This document shows, in pieces, positions 63,491 to 64,000 of a stretch of DNA of 64,000 bases (position 1 is its first letter; the number at the start of each line of letters is the position of its first letter). The translations under genes and the position numbers were made by a program. This DNA is from Tubulanus polymorphus (lineage: Eukaryota; Animalia; Nemertea): the NCBI RefSeq assembly GCF_964204645.1, contig NC_134028.1, forward strand, positions 22,192,345-22,256,344, written 5' to 3'. The notes beneath the pieces are model-generated. The model worked only from the letters and a program-made list of their open reading frames with translations, had not been told where the DNA came from and made no database searches.

Positions 63491-64000
63491 CCTGTAGATA
63501 AGATAAACCCATTTAAACTAAAACTGAATATCTGCGGTCATTTTAGTGAGATTCGTTTAACAATGAGGTCGCAAAGGTGGAAGATCAACTTTCGCTTCTG
63601 CACGATCGAATTCACCGACGAGAATTAATCGTTTAGTGTCGATTGCATTTTCAATCGTTGATTTCGATGTTTATAAATCAGTTCGCTCAATAGAATCACC
63701 CGACAATCGCCCAATCGCCCGGGTACACGGTCAACAATGAAGCCGCTTCGGACAAACAAGATTACGTATATTGTTTAAATTTGCGAGGCCCCTAATCCGC
63801 TTTGGACCTCGGGGTCGGGATTATAGGAAAGAACGGCTAAATCTATGTCAATATTGAGAATTCGATTTGATTCTATATTCACGGAGGCACCTGCCTAAAT
63901 CGGAAGCAATTTGCGGCCATTTAAGAACAGCCATCCGGTCACACATCTAACAGTATAGGGCATCCAGGAAAACATTCCATAGTGAAATTTATCAAGTTGA

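Noticed and set aside
62318-63628. Poly-Ile/Tyr/Asn ORFs
   Set aside because: Microsatellite translations; the same applies to the (IY)n ORF at 53890-54126.

Overview
Intron-rich, AT-rich genomic DNA from an invertebrate animal (GT-AG introns, microsatellites, MITEs). The species cannot be fixed from sequence alone. From left to right the window holds: (1) the last 8 coding exons of a PLD3/PLD4/PLD5-family gene (+) in which both HKD catalytic motifs are lost; (2) a near-identical 3.4-kb tandem duplication that copies the 3' half of an ankyrin-repeat/SOCS-box (ASB) gene; (3) two ASB genes (-), each encoded almost entirely in one large exon; (4) three 6-exon genes (-) for secreted ~250-aa six-cysteine proteins with an ependymin-related layout, largely invisible in the ORF track; (5) a CBWD/ZNG1 zinc-metallochaperone GTPase gene (+) with 12 exons in the window. 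Its first 11 exons are compact, but introns 11 and 12 are 11.4 kb and >10.8 kb and rich in enhancer-like and CTCF-like motifs. Repeats include several MITE families (one with tRNA-like B-boxes in both arms), a repeat carrying paired CTCF-like motifs, two Penelope-type minimal hammerhead remnants, and mini/microsatellites. All exon joins were read by eye; no searches were run.
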